DNA of 64,000 nucleotides, from the NCBI RefSeq assembly GCF_009914755.1, contig NC_060933.1; one strand, given 5' to 3'. The stretch comes from the human T2T-CHM13v2.0 reference genome, Homo sapiens. A program made the translations under genes and the position numbers. The notes beneath the pieces were generated by a model. It was not told where the DNA came from. It saw only the letters and a list, made by a program, of their open reading frames with translations, and did not search any database. This document shows, in pieces, positions 63,065 through 64,000 of this stretch. How positions within the stretch are numbered: the first letter of the stretch is position 1; each line of letters begins with the position of its first letter.

Positions 63065-63495
63065 TGTATTCGTTGCCTGGAGCTACTGTCCCAAAATACC
63101 ACAAAGTGGTGGCCTGAAACAACAGAAATTTGTTCTCTTACAGTTCTGGAGGCCAGAAGTTCAAAATCAAGGTGTCAGCAGAGTTGGTTTCTTCTTGTTG
63201 TGCTGAGATAATTCCTTCCATGTCTCTCCTACCTTTTGGTGGGCCTGAGCAATCCTTGGCATTCCTTGGCTTGTATAAGTCCAGTCTCTGCCTCTGTCTT
63301 CACATAGGGTTCTCTTCTGTGTCTCCTTGTGTCTTGGCTTTCTGGCCCACACTAAAATTATCTAGGGCAATTTTATCCCAAGATCCTTAATTACTCTCTG
63401 AAGACCCTATTTCCAAATAAGGTCACATTCACAGGTGTCAGGGATTAAGATTTGGACATATCTTTTGGAGGAACATTATTCAACCCACTCCTACC
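63065..63495 (-). mobile_element. MLT1 (B/C-like) MaLR solo LTR
   Basis: aaataccacaaa..tggcctgaaacaacagaaattt..ctcttacagttctggaggccagaagttcaaaatcaaggtgtcagcag...ccaaataaggtcacattc. Confidence 0.9.
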
Positions 63496-64000
63496 TCAAA
63501 AACTATAAGAATTGCTTTGCCTAGTTGCACTTTTGTTTTTATTCCAAGCTTTTATCGGGGGATTCGGTCTTCCATATGTTCTTTTTTTCCTCTGTCCGAC
63601 TTTCCATTCTGATTTATACCTTCCTCAAGACTTTTAAATTAGTGATAATTTCTCATCTTACATATGTCCTTATACTTCAGTTTGTGAAATGTGTGTTGGA
63701 CAAAAGCATGAACTGGAAAACACCTATCAGGTTTAGTGGCAGACCTCTGCCAAAGGAGTTCCAGGATAGCAGTGAGCCAAGAAACTAGATTGCAGTGCAT
63801 TGAGGAGGGAATGAGCAGCTATGAAGAGGAGGGTGTCTGTCTCTTTAAACCCTTGCCTGTGAAAGGCTGACAGTACAGAACACTGGCTGGAGTGAGGCTG
63901 ACATTGACAGGAAGCTGCCGAAAGAGAGAGGGATGCTGGAGAAATAAAACTCAACTTATGGCACTCACATCAAGGAAGTGGGAAGGGATGGATCCAGAGG

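Overview
Primate (very likely human) genomic DNA containing the 3' half of ZCCHC7, the zinc-knuckle Air1/2 orthologue and TRAMP-like complex subunit, on the + strand. Seven coding exons can be spliced by hand through GT-AG junctions: 1875-1918, 3877-4002, 5233-5403, 27512-27547, 49082-49177, 54435-54549 and 56562-56995 (stop). They give one open frame of about 340 aa carrying the CCHC knuckles and the IWRxY linker motif, followed by a 3'UTR with two poly(A) signals. The flanks (1-21.5 kb and 43.7-62 kb) are packed with Alus, L1/L2/MIR fragments, MaLR LTRs and DNA-transposon MITEs. The central ~22 kb has no Alu and holds several motif-dense, enhancer-like islands; these are plausibly long-range regulatory elements, with PAX5 as the known neighbour. 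Other notable items are a Y1 RNA and a U6 retrocopy, several long perfect hairpins apparently made by template switching, a complex nested inverted-repeat/tandem-duplication locus at 15.3-16.4 kb, and a nearly spacer-less inverted Alu fusion. The exon architecture also predicts in-frame isoforms that lose the PAPD5-binding motif while rebuilding a hybrid zinc knuckle. Almost all ORFs in the supplied track are Alu-derived or spurious. Repeat boundaries are approximate (by eye).
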